A DNA stretch of 32,000 nucleotides from Pseudodesulfovibrio piezophilus C1TLV30 (GTDB lineage: Bacteria; Desulfobacterota; Desulfovibrionia; Desulfovibrionales; Desulfovibrionaceae). This document shows, piece by piece, positions 14,224-23,364 of this stretch; the stretch's first letter is position 1; each line of letters opens with the position of its first letter. Location of the stretch: positions 2,160,001 to 2,192,000 of the forward strand of contig NC_020409.1 in NCBI RefSeq assembly GCF_000341895.1. Direction: 5' to 3'. Both the position numbers and the translations under genes were made by a program. The notes below the pieces were generated by a model that worked only from the letters and a program-made list of their open reading frames with translations, was not told the DNA's origin and did no database searches.

Positions 14224-15717
14224 ATGCAGAAGAAAATGATCAAGCGGGGAAAACGCCCTGAACTCATGTGGGGCCTGGGATTGAGCGAACAGCTCAAAAA
14301 GCAGGTCGAGATGGGCGTTGGTCCCGGATTCTACATTCGCAACTACCCTGCCGGAGCGTTTCCCTGGACCAAGGAACTCAATCAGAATGAGAAACCCTCG
14401 GCAGCCTGGATTCCATGGTCTGTCTGGGCTGAAATGCCGGAATTCCGCCGCGAAGAATACCGCAGCCAGGATTCCACCCAGCGTATACTCATTCAAGATA
14501 TTAACGACACCCCCCTGGAGATGGATACTGTGCTTGCAGAAGGATTTCTGACAGTTGTCCGCACCCCGCTGACCCGGCCCAAGGTGCAGGACGCCGTGTT
14601 TCGTGCCAAGGAAGTGACCTCGATGTACTCGGACATCTACCGTATGACCGAGGAAATTCTCCTTGAAAGGGAATTGCTCGCCCGAAAGACCGATCAGCTG
14701 ATGTTTCTCAACAAGATTCTGGCCTCGGCGACCGAAAGTCTGGATGCCACGACCATTCTCTTGAATGCCAAGGAAACCCTGAGCCTGGTCCTGCCGGTCA
14801 AGCAGCTGCACGCCGGATTCTGGACGCATCAGCTTGATTCCGAGGTCACGGATGTGGAAATATTTCTCAACGGCACCATGCCTCCCGAGGTGGAAAGCAT
14901 GTGGGTCGAGCATATCATGGCTTCTGCCGCTGACATGGGAAGTGGCCCGGTCAATGGATTCCAAGTCGTCCACACCGACCCGGCTCGAAGGCAGGAATAT
15001 ACCCTGACACCCAAAAGCGGTCGTCTTGTCACCCTGCCCCTGACCGCCGGGCAGGATACTTTCGGGTGTCTCGCTCTGCTGTGCGAACCGGATTATCACC
15101 TCGGCAAGGACCAGGTGGAAACCTTTCGTTCAGCCGTCAACCATCTCGGCCTCGCCTTGCGGAATGCGCTCATGTTCAAGGAAGTCAAGCTCCGCGCCGA
15201 CCGGGATGGACTCACCCGCATCTACAACCGACACACATTCGACGAACGCCTCATATACGAAATCAAGCGTCGCCGCCGTTACAATCATGATCTTTCGCTG
15301 CTCATGGTCGATCTCGACCATTTCAAGCAGGTCAATGACACCTATGGGCACAAGGCCGGAGACATGGTCCTGTGCAAGGTCGGCGAGATTCTCACTGAAA
15401 CATTTCGCGGCACTGATCTCGCAGCCCGCTATGGCGGAGAAGAGTTCGTAGTCCTGCTGCCGCACACCACGGAAAGGGACGCCTGGGCCTTGGCTGAACG
15501 GGTTCGCGAAGCCATCCAGTCCTGCGAATTCCATTTTGACGGGCATGACTTTGCCGTGACAGCCTCTATCGGAGTTGCTTCGGTGGAAGCCGGAGCATTG
15601 ACCAAAGATGACGACCTGCTCATAAAAGCTGACAAGGCTTTATACGAAGCCAAGCACAACGGGCGTAACACCGTGGTCATCTCCAAACCGAAAGTGGACC
15701 AGATCTCAGCCCAGTAA
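14224..15717 (+). CDS. Diguanylate cyclase (GGDEF) with a GAF-like sensor region
   Basis: 497 aa from the ATG preceded by AAGGAGCAGG; the track start at 14200 has no SD. The active site is RYGGEEF, with an RxxD I-site five residues upstream (RGTD-LAARY-GGEEF). Also present are DGLTRIYNRHTFDERL, DLDHFKQVNDTYGH and ALYEAKHNGRN. Confidence 0.93.
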   Translation: MQKKMIKRGKRPELMWGLGLSEQLKKQVEMGVGPGFYIRNYPAGAFPWTKELNQNEKPSAAWIPWSVWAEMPEFRREEYRSQDSTQRILIQDINDTPLEMDTVLAEGFLTVVRTPLTRPKVQDAVFRAKEVTSMYSDIYRMTEEILLERELLARKTDQLMFLNKILASATESLDATTILLNAKETLSLVLPVKQLHAGFWTHQLDSEVTDVEIFLNGTMPPEVESMWVEHIMASAADMGSGPVNGFQVVHTDPARRQEYTLTPKSGRLVTLPLTAGQDTFGCLALLCEPDYHLGKDQVETFRSAVNHLGLALRNALMFKEVKLRADRDGLTRIYNRHTFDERLIYEIKRRRRYNHDLSLLMVDLDHFKQVNDTYGHKAGDMVLCKVGEILTETFRGTDLAARYGGEEFVVLLPHTTERDAWALAERVREAIQSCEFHFDGHDFAVTASIGVASVEAGALTKDDDLLIKADKALYEAKHNGRNTVVISKPKVDQISAQ

Positions 15718-15810
15718 GCCAATGGGAAGCGAGGCCGGGAGGCAAAGCCATCCTGATATGGGATCGATCGAGGCGTCACCTGTTCTGTAGCCATGACAGA
15801 CGACGCTGGT

Positions 15811-15835
15811 GGTCAAAGTATCCGATACTTTGACC
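15811..15835. repeat. Perfect 25-bp palindrome GGTCAAAGTATC-C-GATACTTTGACC
   Basis: Read directly: 12-nt arms with no mismatches. It lies ~95 nt downstream of the GGDEF stop, and no U/T tract flanks it on either strand. It is a candidate protein operator or RNA hairpin. Confidence 0.5.
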
Positions 15836-16023
15836 AGACACTAAAAAGGGAGACTCCCATGAAAACCAGGACAGTTTTCATGGATGTTAAGAAAACAAAA
15901 AAGAAAACCGCTTGCAATGTGATTGTCAGGCAATTTCGTCTCCGGTATCTCAAGGGCTCTAGCCGTGAGAATCCTATTCTCACCTTTGGCGAAAAGGAGA
16001 GATACCATGAAAAAATATTTTCC

Positions 16024-16065
16024 AAAGAAATTCCCAGGAAACCATTGTTTCCTGGGAATTTCTTT
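16024..16065. terminator. Bidirectional intrinsic terminator candidate: perfect 19-bp stem, 4-nt loop
   Basis: AAAGAAATTCCCAGGAAAC-catt-GTTTCCTGGGAATTTCTTT. The core stem TTCCCAGGAAAC/GTTTCCTGGGAA is followed by T-rich runs on both strands (TTTCTTTCATT on the + strand; TTTCTTTGGAAAATATTTTTT on the - strand). It lies between the convergent GGDEF (+) and ftsX (-) genes, ~80 nt past the ftsX stop. Confidence 0.6.
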
Positions 16066-16145
16066 CATTCATCAACAGTTATGAAAAACGTCTTGCCTGA
16101 AAACAGGGTCTGCTTTCTCATTGTTTAACAGACTCCCCCCTGTGC

Positions 16146-17021
16146 CTATTTCACCGCAACCCAACTACTGGCCATGGCGACAAAGGTCACGGCCCCGCCA
16201 AGCATGACGAGCTGATCGAACGGCAAAAATGCGATCTCTATAAAAAAAGGCGGATAGTTAAGGGCATCGGCAGTCAAGGAATGAACAAGGGCCAACAAAC
16301 CAAGTCCCAGTCCAGAGCCAAGTACTCCCTGAATGAATCCGCCGGTAAGAAGCGGCCATCGGATATAGCCGGGCCGCGCTCCGACAAGGGAAAGGATCTC
16401 TACCTCATCCATACGAGTCATGAGCGAAAGCTTGATTGTATTGTGCACAACAAGGGAAACAATCAAGGCAAGAAATCCCAGAATAGGCCATATAATTGCC
16501 CCGGCAAGGGTCATCCACCCCTGCGCAAGGTCTGCCTGAAACGGCGTGTAGTTGACCTTTTCCACACCGGGAAGCCCCTTGATTCTTGTCAGCAACGCTG
16601 AAGCCCACCCGTCTGCCTGGGCATCGGGCGGCACCTTGAACGAGGCAAGCCCGGAATAGGGGAGCGGGTTTTCTTTGGCCAGCCAGGCGAAATCACCGGT
16701 TTCCCCCAAGGTTGAGGTCAGTTCGGTCAAAGCGCTTTCCGGTGTATATGTCGTGAAGGAATCCAGATGATCCATGGCCCGGAGAGTCTCCCAATCCGTG
16801 TGAACCTCTTCAGCGCTCAAGCCCATTTTCCAATACATCTGAAACTCTGCCTGACCGCGGGATTTCAATAATTCCAGATTCACATTGTGCAGCCCCAAAA
16901 GAATCAGGCCCGTCAACAAGGTAACCATGCCCACGGCCACGAGGGTCAGTAATTGAGCAACCGGATGCAGGGCGAAATCCGCGAGACCACGGCCGGTGAG
17001 TCGAACAAATTGGCCTATCAC
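16146..17021 (-). CDS. ftsX: Cell-division ABC transporter permease FtsX
   Basis: 291 aa with the FtsX topology: an N-terminal TM, a large extracytoplasmic loop and three C-terminal TMs. It has a 4-nt overlap with ftsE upstream. Confidence 0.9.
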   Translation of the reverse strand: MIGQFVRLTGRGLADFALHPVAQLLTLVAVGMVTLLTGLILLGLHNVNLELLKSRGQAEFQMYWKMGLSAEEVHTDWETLRAMDHLDSFTTYTPESALTELTSTLGETGDFAWLAKENPLPYSGLASFKVPPDAQADGWASALLTRIKGLPGVEKVNYTPFQADLAQGWMTLAGAIIWPILGFLALIVSLVVHNTIKLSLMTRMDEVEILSLVGARPGYIRWPLLTGGFIQGVLGSGLGLGLLALVHSLTADALNYPPFFIEIAFLPFDQLVMLGGAVTFVAMASSWVAVK

Positions 17022-17809
17022 AGTGTCTCCTCGTCGTCCTCGTCATAATCAGCCGGGCCGAGGGAGGTTTCACTCAGCAGATCATCGCCCATGTCGTCAG
17101 GACAATCCTCATCCGTCGGGCTTTGGCCGAACACCGTGCCGTCGGCATTGCACCCGGAAACGATACGCCCGTCTTCGAGATGAAGGATTCGTGCTTCGGG
17201 AACACATTCAAGAACTTCACGGCTGTGGGTCGCCATGATGACCGATGTTCCGTAGGTATGGAACTGCTTGAAAATTTCCATCAGATGCATGGTCAGATCA
17301 AAATCGAGATTCCCGGTCGGTTCATCTGCAAGAATCAGTTCCGGATTGGCGACCATGGACCGGGCAATGGCCACACGCTGCTGCTCCCCACCGGAAAGCC
17401 GCTCGCAAATGGAGTAGCTTTTCGTCTCAAGCCCCATGGCCCGGATAATCGCCCGGACCCGTCGCTCAAGGTGCGTCCGTGCCATGCCGCGAACCTCAAG
17501 GGCCATGGCCACATTGTCGAACACGGTTTTCCTGGGAAGGATCTTGAAATCCTGAAAGACAACGCCGACCTTGCGTCGCAGGAGCGGGACATGCCGCTTT
17601 TTGATATTATTGAGATGGACTCCGGCAACCGTGGCCCGGCCGCGAGAAACAGGCAGGGCACCGTAAAGAAGGCGCAGCAAAGTTGTTTTGCCCGCGCCGG
17701 AATGTCCTGTCAAAAACAGGAACTCACCTTTGCCCAAAGTAAAGGAGATATCCTTGAGAGCCCAGTATGCGCCAAAGTTGTGGGACAGACGATCAACTTT
17801 TACCATCAT
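17018..17809 (-). CDS. ftsE: Cell-division ABC transporter ATP-binding protein FtsE, with an acidic C-terminal tail
   Basis: Walker [10 protein letters not shown], signature LSGGEQQRV, Walker [12 protein letters not shown]. The start is placed at [12 protein letters not shown] by analogy with FtsE N-termini. An upstream in-frame GTG (17917) cannot be excluded, and neither start has a good SD. Confidence 0.9.
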   Translation of the reverse strand: MMVKVDRLSHNFGAYWALKDISFTLGKGEFLFLTGHSGAGKTTLLRLLYGALPVSRGRATVAGVHLNNIKKRHVPLLRRKVGVVFQDFKILPRKTVFDNVAMALEVRGMARTHLERRVRAIIRAMGLETKSYSICERLSGGEQQRVAIARSMVANPELILADEPTGNLDFDLTMHLMEIFKQFHTYGTSVIMATHSREVLECVPEARILHLEDGRIVSGCNADGTVFGQSPTDEDCPDDMGDDLLSETSLGPADYDEDDEETL

Positions 17810-17990
17810 GACAACGGTGTACCCGGCCTCGCCTTTTTTGTACAGGGGGTGCCTTTGCCGCACCAACTCGAACCAGGAAAAACTGATCGACCGATCAACA
17901 ACCAAGCCTTGCGCCACACTGAAAATGACGGTACGAAATGATCAAGAATCGAGGTTTTTCCCGTCGGTAAAACTCCAGGCACCATAGACC

Positions 17991-18863
17991 ATGCCCAAGC
18001 TGAAGACGTTGCTCATCCACCCGGACTCCGAGGTCCGTACCGCCCTGCGTGACGCGCTGGAAGACGTCCCGTTCCTCCAGGTGCTCGGTGAGGCCATCAC
18101 AGCTTTCGAGGCTTTGGAACTGCTGGAAGCGATTCCTTATGGCGTTTTTTTCGTGGGCACCCGGTTACCGGGTGATATTTCCGGCATTGAGATGGCGCAG
18201 ATGCTCGCTGGCCGAAAACACAAACCCGCGCTGATTTTTATTTCCGACTCGGAAACCAAGGCCTATGCCGCATTTGAACTGGGTGCGACCGATTACCTGC
18301 TCTGGCCACCCGCACCGGGCCGTATGGCCCGCACGGTGGACCGCCTTCAGCACTTCAAACAGCGATTCCGGGAAGTGCCCGTCCCTGCCAGCTACCAATC
18401 TGAGGCTGTACCGATAGATCAGGGGGAAGATGCGCTGACTGTCAAACTGCCCCTGCCGGAAGAAGAGCAGGATTCCTTTCTGGCGGCCCTCAAGACAGCC
18501 TGGGACCAGACAGCCAGGCGCAGGCCCGAAATAGACAAACTGGCTGTGACTCAAGATGGACGCACCATCCTCATCCCCTACGACCAGATCATCTTCGTGG
18601 AAGCATTCGAGGATTATTCCTATGTCCATACCGCCAATCAGAAATTTCTCTCGTCCCACAGACTGAAGAATCTGGAAGACAGACTGGGACCACACCGTTT
18701 TTTTCGCGTCCATCGCAAGTACCTTGTCAATTTGGACATGGTCACAGAAATCGCCAGTATGCCCGGCTCGAACTTCATGTTGCGCACTGCGGGCCGGACA
18801 CGTATCGAGCTGCCGATCAGTCGACGCAGGATCGCTGAATTGAAAAAGATCATCGGCTTGTAG
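17991..18863 (+). CDS. LytTR-family DNA-binding regulator with a degenerate (non-phosphorylatable) receiver domain
   Basis: 290 aa. The N-terminal fold is REC-like, but the acceptor position is Gly (GVFFVGTRLPGDISG, G56 codon 18156-18158) and the conserved Lys is Trp (DYLLWP). The C-terminal LytTR domain reads KLAVTQDGRTILIPYDQIIFVEAFEDYSYVHT..FFRVHRKYLVNLDMV. Confidence 0.9.
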   Translation: MPKLKTLLIHPDSEVRTALRDALEDVPFLQVLGEAITAFEALELLEAIPYGVFFVGTRLPGDISGIEMAQMLAGRKHKPALIFISDSETKAYAAFELGATDYLLWPPAPGRMARTVDRLQHFKQRFREVPVPASYQSEAVPIDQGEDALTVKLPLPEEEQDSFLAALKTAWDQTARRRPEIDKLAVTQDGRTILIPYDQIIFVEAFEDYSYVHTANQKFLSSHRLKNLEDRLGPHRFFRVHRKYLVNLDMVTEIASMPGSNFMLRTAGRTRIELPISRRRIAELKKIIGL

Positions 18864-19041
18864 CCGTTTACCCTGCCACGATAACCGCTGACCGAATATG
18901 GCGGGTATTGCGGCATAAACCTGTTAAGAAAAGACTCGCTGGACCGCATGTGCAATGCAGACCGCCGACGACTGGATCACCCAGACGGCCACCGGATCAG
19001 GCCCAAGAATGACGGGAGCCTGCGACGGCGAGGAGGAAAGA

Positions 19042-20958
19042 ATGGATCAATCAGGAGCGCTTGACAACTTGCTACAGGAGGAGAGGGTTTTCCGCCCGCT
19101 CCCGCAGTTGGTTATCGAGGCCAACGTCAATCCGCAAGAGCTGGAAGCCGCCAGGACATCCGCTCGCATGGACCCGCTCGGCTATTGGGAGGAAGCGGCC
19201 GATGAACTGGATTGGTTCAAGAAATGGGACCAGGTGCTTGATGACAAGGACGCCCCCTTTTACAAATGGTTCGTGGGAGCGCGCTGCAATATCGTCTACA
19301 ATGCCCTGGACCGACACATAGAGACGGCCAACAAGAACAAACTCGCCCTTATATGGGAAGGCGAACCGGGCGATACCCGCAAATATACCTATTTTGAACT
19401 CTACCGGGAAGTGAATCGCTTTGCCAACGCCCTGCGATCCCTTGGTATTCGCAAAGGTGATCGGGTGGTTATCTACATGTCACCCCTCCCTGAAACCGTC
19501 ATAGCCATGCTGGCTGCCGCAAAGATAGGTGCAATACACTCCGTGGTCTTTGCCGGATTTTCAGCCAAGGCACTGCGCCAACGAATAAACGACGCACAGG
19601 CTAAGCTTCTGATAACAGCGGATGGATTTTACCGAAACGGCCAGATCTCCAGTCTCAAGGAAACAGCGGATCAAGCACTGGTCGGAGCCTGTACCGACTG
19701 TGTGGAATCCATGGTTGTTGTCCGGCGCTGCAACATCGCACTGGACATGATCGACGGACGAGACTTTTATTATGATGAACTCATCCGCCAGGAAAGCAAC
19801 GAAGCTCCGACTGAAGTAATGGATGCGGACGACCCTCTTTTCCTGCTCTATACCTCCGGCACCACAGGAAAACCCAAAGGGGTCATACACTCTCACGCGG
19901 GCTACATGGTCGGTGTCCACCGGACCCTGACCACGGTTTTCGACATCAAACCCACCGACATCTTCTGGTGCACCGCTGATCCCGGCTGGGTCACCGGACA
20001 CTCTGCCGGAGTCTACGGTCCGCTCATGGCCGGGACCACTTCAGTCATGTACGAAGGGCACCCCAACTACCCCCAAGCCGACCGGCTTTGGGCTATTGTG
20101 GCAAAATACGGCGTAACCATTTTTTATACCGCACCGACCATGATCCGCATGCTCATGCGCTTCGGTGCCCAGTACCCCAAGACCCACGATCTCTCCAGTC
20201 TGCGCCTGCTCGGCTCCGTCGGCGAACCCATTTCCCCGGAAGCGTGGACCTGGCTCTACAGAAATATCGGCCGCTCGGAATGCCCCGTGCTCGATACATG
20301 GTGGCAGACCGAAACCGGTATGTTCATGATTTCCCCCATGCCCATCTCCCTGCTCAAACCCGGATCAGTGACCAAACCGCTGCCCGGAATCGTTGCCGAT
20401 GTGGTGGACAGAAACGGCACCCCTGTCCCGCCCGGCAAGGGAGGCCTGCTCGTCATCTCCCAACCCTGGCCCGCCATGATGACAGGTCTGTGGAACGATG
20501 ATGACCAGTATAAACAATACTGGCAACAGATTCCCGGCGTCTACTACGCTGGCGACGTCGCCCGAAAGGACGAGGATGGATATATCTGGATTCAGGGCCG
20601 TGCAGATGACGTCATCAACATCGCCGGACACCGTATCGGCTCCGCAGAACTTGAAGCGGCATTCGGAACCCACCACGCCGTCTGCGAATGTGCGGTGATC
20701 GGCATACCCGACCGTATCAAGGGAGAGTCCGCCAAAGCTTTCATCCTTCTCAACCATGGTATCACCCCCGACGACGATCTCATAAAAGACCTCAAGAAGA
20801 CGCTCTGGAACGAGCTTGGTCCTGTGGCAGTCATCAAATCCATCGAATTCCGGGAATCTCTCCCCAAAACCCGTTCAGGCAAGATCATGCGACGCGTGCT
20901 CAAAGCCGAGGAACTCGGTCTGGACTCGGGAGACCTGACAGGCTTGGCCACGGATTAA
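19042..20958 (+). CDS. acs: Acetyl-CoA synthetase (AMP-forming)
   Basis: 638 aa from the ATG preceded by GAGGAGGAAAGA; the track start at 18955 was trimmed. The AMP-binding motif is YTSGTTGKPKGV. WWQTETG, the Acs-typical N-terminus (ERVFRP..) and the catalytic/acetylatable Lys context SGKIMRR are all present. Confidence 0.96.
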   Translation: MDQSGALDNLLQEERVFRPLPQLVIEANVNPQELEAARTSARMDPLGYWEEAADELDWFKKWDQVLDDKDAPFYKWFVGARCNIVYNALDRHIETANKNKLALIWEGEPGDTRKYTYFELYREVNRFANALRSLGIRKGDRVVIYMSPLPETVIAMLAAAKIGAIHSVVFAGFSAKALRQRINDAQAKLLITADGFYRNGQISSLKETADQALVGACTDCVESMVVVRRCNIALDMIDGRDFYYDELIRQESNEAPTEVMDADDPLFLLYTSGTTGKPKGVIHSHAGYMVGVHRTLTTVFDIKPTDIFWCTADPGWVTGHSAGVYGPLMAGTTSVMYEGHPNYPQADRLWAIVAKYGVTIFYTAPTMIRMLMRFGAQYPKTHDLSSLRLLGSVGEPISPEAWTWLYRNIGRSECPVLDTWWQTETGMFMISPMPISLLKPGSVTKPLPGIVADVVDRNGTPVPPGKGGLLVISQPWPAMMTGLWNDDDQYKQYWQQIPGVYYAGDVARKDEDGYIWIQGRADDVINIAGHRIGSAELEAAFGTHHAVCECAVIGIPDRIKGESAKAFILLNHGITPDDDLIKDLKKTLWNELGPVAVIKSIEFRESLPKTRSGKIMRRVLKAEELGLDSGDLTGLATD

Positions 20959-21248
20959 AAGATCCGCAAAGCACCAGGAATACCTGACTGATGAGCAAAA
21001 GAAATAAACTCACCCAAGGCGACCGAATCAAAAATTTTACCCCGGCATCCAAGCAGGTTGAGCTATTCCCAACAACCAACTCATCCTGCGGCCCTTTCGG
21101 GTAAGTCTCTTCCATTCAAATTCTCTCGCCCCCCCTCTTTGCCCACAAAACCCTGCACCACTGCCCTCACGTCTTCCCTTCTATTTGTATGTACAAACAA
21201 CACTTTTTATCCCTTGCCGGGAGCTTCTGATTTTCGAAAACATCAAAC

Positions 21249-22286
21249 TCAGGAAGGGGAGAGGCAAAAGTCGCGGATCGTTGCGTATCGAATATTTTTC
21301 TTGGAAAGCCCAAGATCAATGTATCGGGAAGCAAGCTCATTGGCGTGGCCCATCAACTCCCCTTGATACCGTCGGGGAACGTCAAGACAAAGGGATGAAT
21401 GAGAGCCAAGTTCGTTTATTTGGATTCGGATAAGCTCATAGAGAGCACGACCACGCGCCGACTGCCCGAGGGCCGGATGCCATGGCCCAGCGAGGATATG
21501 CTCGGCGAGGCTCCCTTCCGGCGGCAGGCCGAGGCGAATGACCCGAACCCCTTTTTCCCAAAAAAGAAGCAAGGCAGCGGCCAATTCCTCTTTTGCCCTC
21601 TCCAGGTGCCATGGGTGGAATTCGCCGTGTTCCCAAAGGGTCGCCAGGGGAGTATCCCGAATGACGAGGCAGGGGTAGACACGAGCCACATCCGGCTTCA
21701 GCGATGCCGAGACCTGTGCGTCATGCAGAAAAACACCGGGACGATCTCCAGGCAGCCCAGGCAGGAGTTGAATACCGAGGCGCAACCCCGCGCTACGGAC
21801 CTGTGAACACGCCTGCATGGCCCTGTCACCACTATACCCACGCCCGGACTGGGCAAGAACTGCGTCGTCAAAGGACTGGATGCCCAACTCCACCATGTCC
21901 AGCCCCTGAGTACGCAATTGGGCCAAAGAGTCTTCATCCACACAATCCGGCCGTGTGGAGCAACGAACATGGGAGATCAGCCCACGGTTCCGATAATGCT
22001 CGGCAACAGCAAGGAATGCTTCGGGCCAGGGGGCTGGCATCGCAGTAAAAGTACCCCCATAAAACGCAAGTTCATACGGCCCTCTTCCTTCACTCAAGGC
22101 TTCTTCGAGATCCTGCTTCAAGGAATGAAGAGCACCAGCCAACTCAGCCTCGGCCTTGCCTGTCTGTTTATCCTGGGCACAATAGACGCACCGATATGGA
22201 CAACCGGCAAAAGGAAGGAAAACCGGCCAGATGGCCCCTGGAATAGGCTCAGGCTCAGGGTGGGAGAACAGGATTTTGTGCTGCAT
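21249..22286 (-). CDS. Radical SAM protein, ELP3-like catalytic domain without an acetyltransferase domain
   Basis: 345 aa. The CxxxCxxC motif lies near the N-terminus (FAGCPYRCVYCAQ). The downstream YGGTFT.. and ..MVELGIQSFDD.. segments are typical of the ELP3/coproporphyrinogen-oxidase-like radical SAM core. It starts 9 nt after the galE stop. Confidence 0.8.
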   Translation of the reverse strand: MQHKILFSHPEPEPIPGAIWPVFLPFAGCPYRCVYCAQDKQTGKAEAELAGALHSLKQDLEEALSEGRGPYELAFYGGTFTAMPAPWPEAFLAVAEHYRNRGLISHVRCSTRPDCVDEDSLAQLRTQGLDMVELGIQSFDDAVLAQSGRGYSGDRAMQACSQVRSAGLRLGIQLLPGLPGDRPGVFLHDAQVSASLKPDVARVYPCLVIRDTPLATLWEHGEFHPWHLERAKEELAAALLLFWEKGVRVIRLGLPPEGSLAEHILAGPWHPALGQSARGRALYELIRIQINELGSHSSLCLDVPRRYQGELMGHANELASRYIDLGLSKKNIRYATIRDFCLSPS

Positions 22287-22295
22287 GACCGTCGA

Positions 22296-23267
22296 CTAAG
22301 CCCGGTTCATCCACTGCCAGGCATGGCGGATGGTTTCAATGATGCCGGTATAATGCGGTTCCCAACCCAATTTTTCCCGAGCCAATGCACGATCAGCCAC
22401 CAGACGGGGTGGATCCCCGGCACGACGGATACCAAGATTCGGCTCAATGGCTGCACCCGTAACTTCGCGCGCGGCCTCAATGATTTCCTGCACTGAATTC
22501 CCGGTACCGGTGCCGAGATTGATGGCGACCGAATCGTTCCCGGCCAGATAATCGAGGGCGCGGATATGCGCGTCGGCCAAATCGTTGACATGAATATAAT
22601 CTCGGATGCAGGTCCCATCCGGCGTGTCATAGTCCGTGCCGAAAACAGTGATAGGTTTTTCCGGGTGACGTGCTGCACGAAGCACCAGCGGGATGAGATG
22701 GGATTCAGGATCATGCGCTTCACCTATTTCACATTCCGGGTCAGCCCCGGCAGCATTGAAATAGCGCAAGGCGCAAAAACGCAATCCATGGGCAGAGGAA
22801 AAATCTTCAAGCATCCGCTCCACCATGAATTTTGACCAGCCATACGGATTGATGGGCCACTGTGGGTGGGTCTCGGTCAGTGGTATCTCATGAGGCATGC
22901 CGTAAACGGCAGCGGTGGAGGAAAAAACAAACCGTTCACAACCATGATCGCGCATGGCTTCAAGCACGGTTAGTGTACCACACGTATTATTCCGGTAAAA
23001 ACTTCCGGGATTCCTGACCGAGATGCCGACTTCGATGAACGCGGCAAAATGAATGACCCCGGCAGGATTGTATTCCTTGAAGATCCTGTCAAGCAGAGCG
23101 CGATCACTGATATCCCCCTTGATCAACGGTCCCCATTTGACGGCCCATTCATGACCATTGGAAAGATTGTCCAAAGCAATGGGAGTATAGCCTCGTGCGG
23201 CCAGCGCCTTGCATGTATGGCTCCCGATAAATCCGGCACCGCCGGTAACAAGGATGTTCTGTGTCAT
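22296..23267 (-). CDS. galE: UDP-glucose 4-epimerase (SDR extended family)
   Basis: 323 aa from MTQNILVTGGAGFIGSH; the track ORF was trimmed by 40 codons. The YGWSK catalytic Y-x3-K, the RYFNAAGA motif and the C-terminal ..ADRALAREKLGWEP.. are all present. Confidence 0.9.
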   Translation of the reverse strand: MTQNILVTGGAGFIGSHTCKALAARGYTPIALDNLSNGHEWAVKWGPLIKGDISDRALLDRIFKEYNPAGVIHFAAFIEVGISVRNPGSFYRNNTCGTLTVLEAMRDHGCERFVFSSTAAVYGMPHEIPLTETHPQWPINPYGWSKFMVERMLEDFSSAHGLRFCALRYFNAAGADPECEIGEAHDPESHLIPLVLRAARHPEKPITVFGTDYDTPDGTCIRDYIHVNDLADAHIRALDYLAGNDSVAINLGTGTGNSVQEIIEAAREVTGAAIEPNLGIRRAGDPPRLVADRALAREKLGWEPHYTGIIETIRHAWQWMNRA

Positions 23268-23364
23268 GATTTGTCCTGTGAAAAGATCGCATTGCATAAA
23301 AGGGAACCTGTTCGCCCCTTCCGGTAGGCAGTCCCCGCCACCCGTCTCTGAACGATTCTCTTCC

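Noticed and set aside
15793-16128. 111-aa ORF (or 89 aa from the ATG at 15859 behind GGGAGA) in the A/T-rich convergent spacer.
   Set aside because: It reads through two perfect hairpins, including the probable bidirectional terminator. Its composition is unlike neighbouring genes, it is Lys-rich and low-complexity, and I recognise no family. It is kept only as a possibility under the spacer finding.
15851-16137. 8-bp direct repeat AGACTCCC (15851-15858 and 16130-16137) flanking the A/T-rich segment, considered as a possible target-site duplication of a small inserted element.
   Set aside because: An 8-mer repeat somewhere within a ~430-nt region is expected about once by chance. No terminal inverted repeats or transposase are present. 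Only a search for other genomic copies could revive this idea.
18955-19041. N-terminal extensions proposed by the longest-ORF track for acs (18955), galE (23387), the gmhA-like gene (24102), USP (6789), AOR (12035) and the GGDEF gene (14200).
   Set aside because: In each case an internal ATG with a good SD coincides with the conserved family N-terminus. The extension is either low-complexity or overlaps a neighbouring gene or hairpin.
20991-21104. A 37-aa ORF (MSKRNKLTQGDRIKNFTPASKQVELFPTTNSSCGPFG) in the acs/radical-SAM convergent spacer.
   Set aside because: The ribosome-binding context is weak and distant, it has no hydrophobic or recognisable motif, and ORFs of this size occur by chance. 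I also found no convincing terminator hairpin in this 290-nt spacer.
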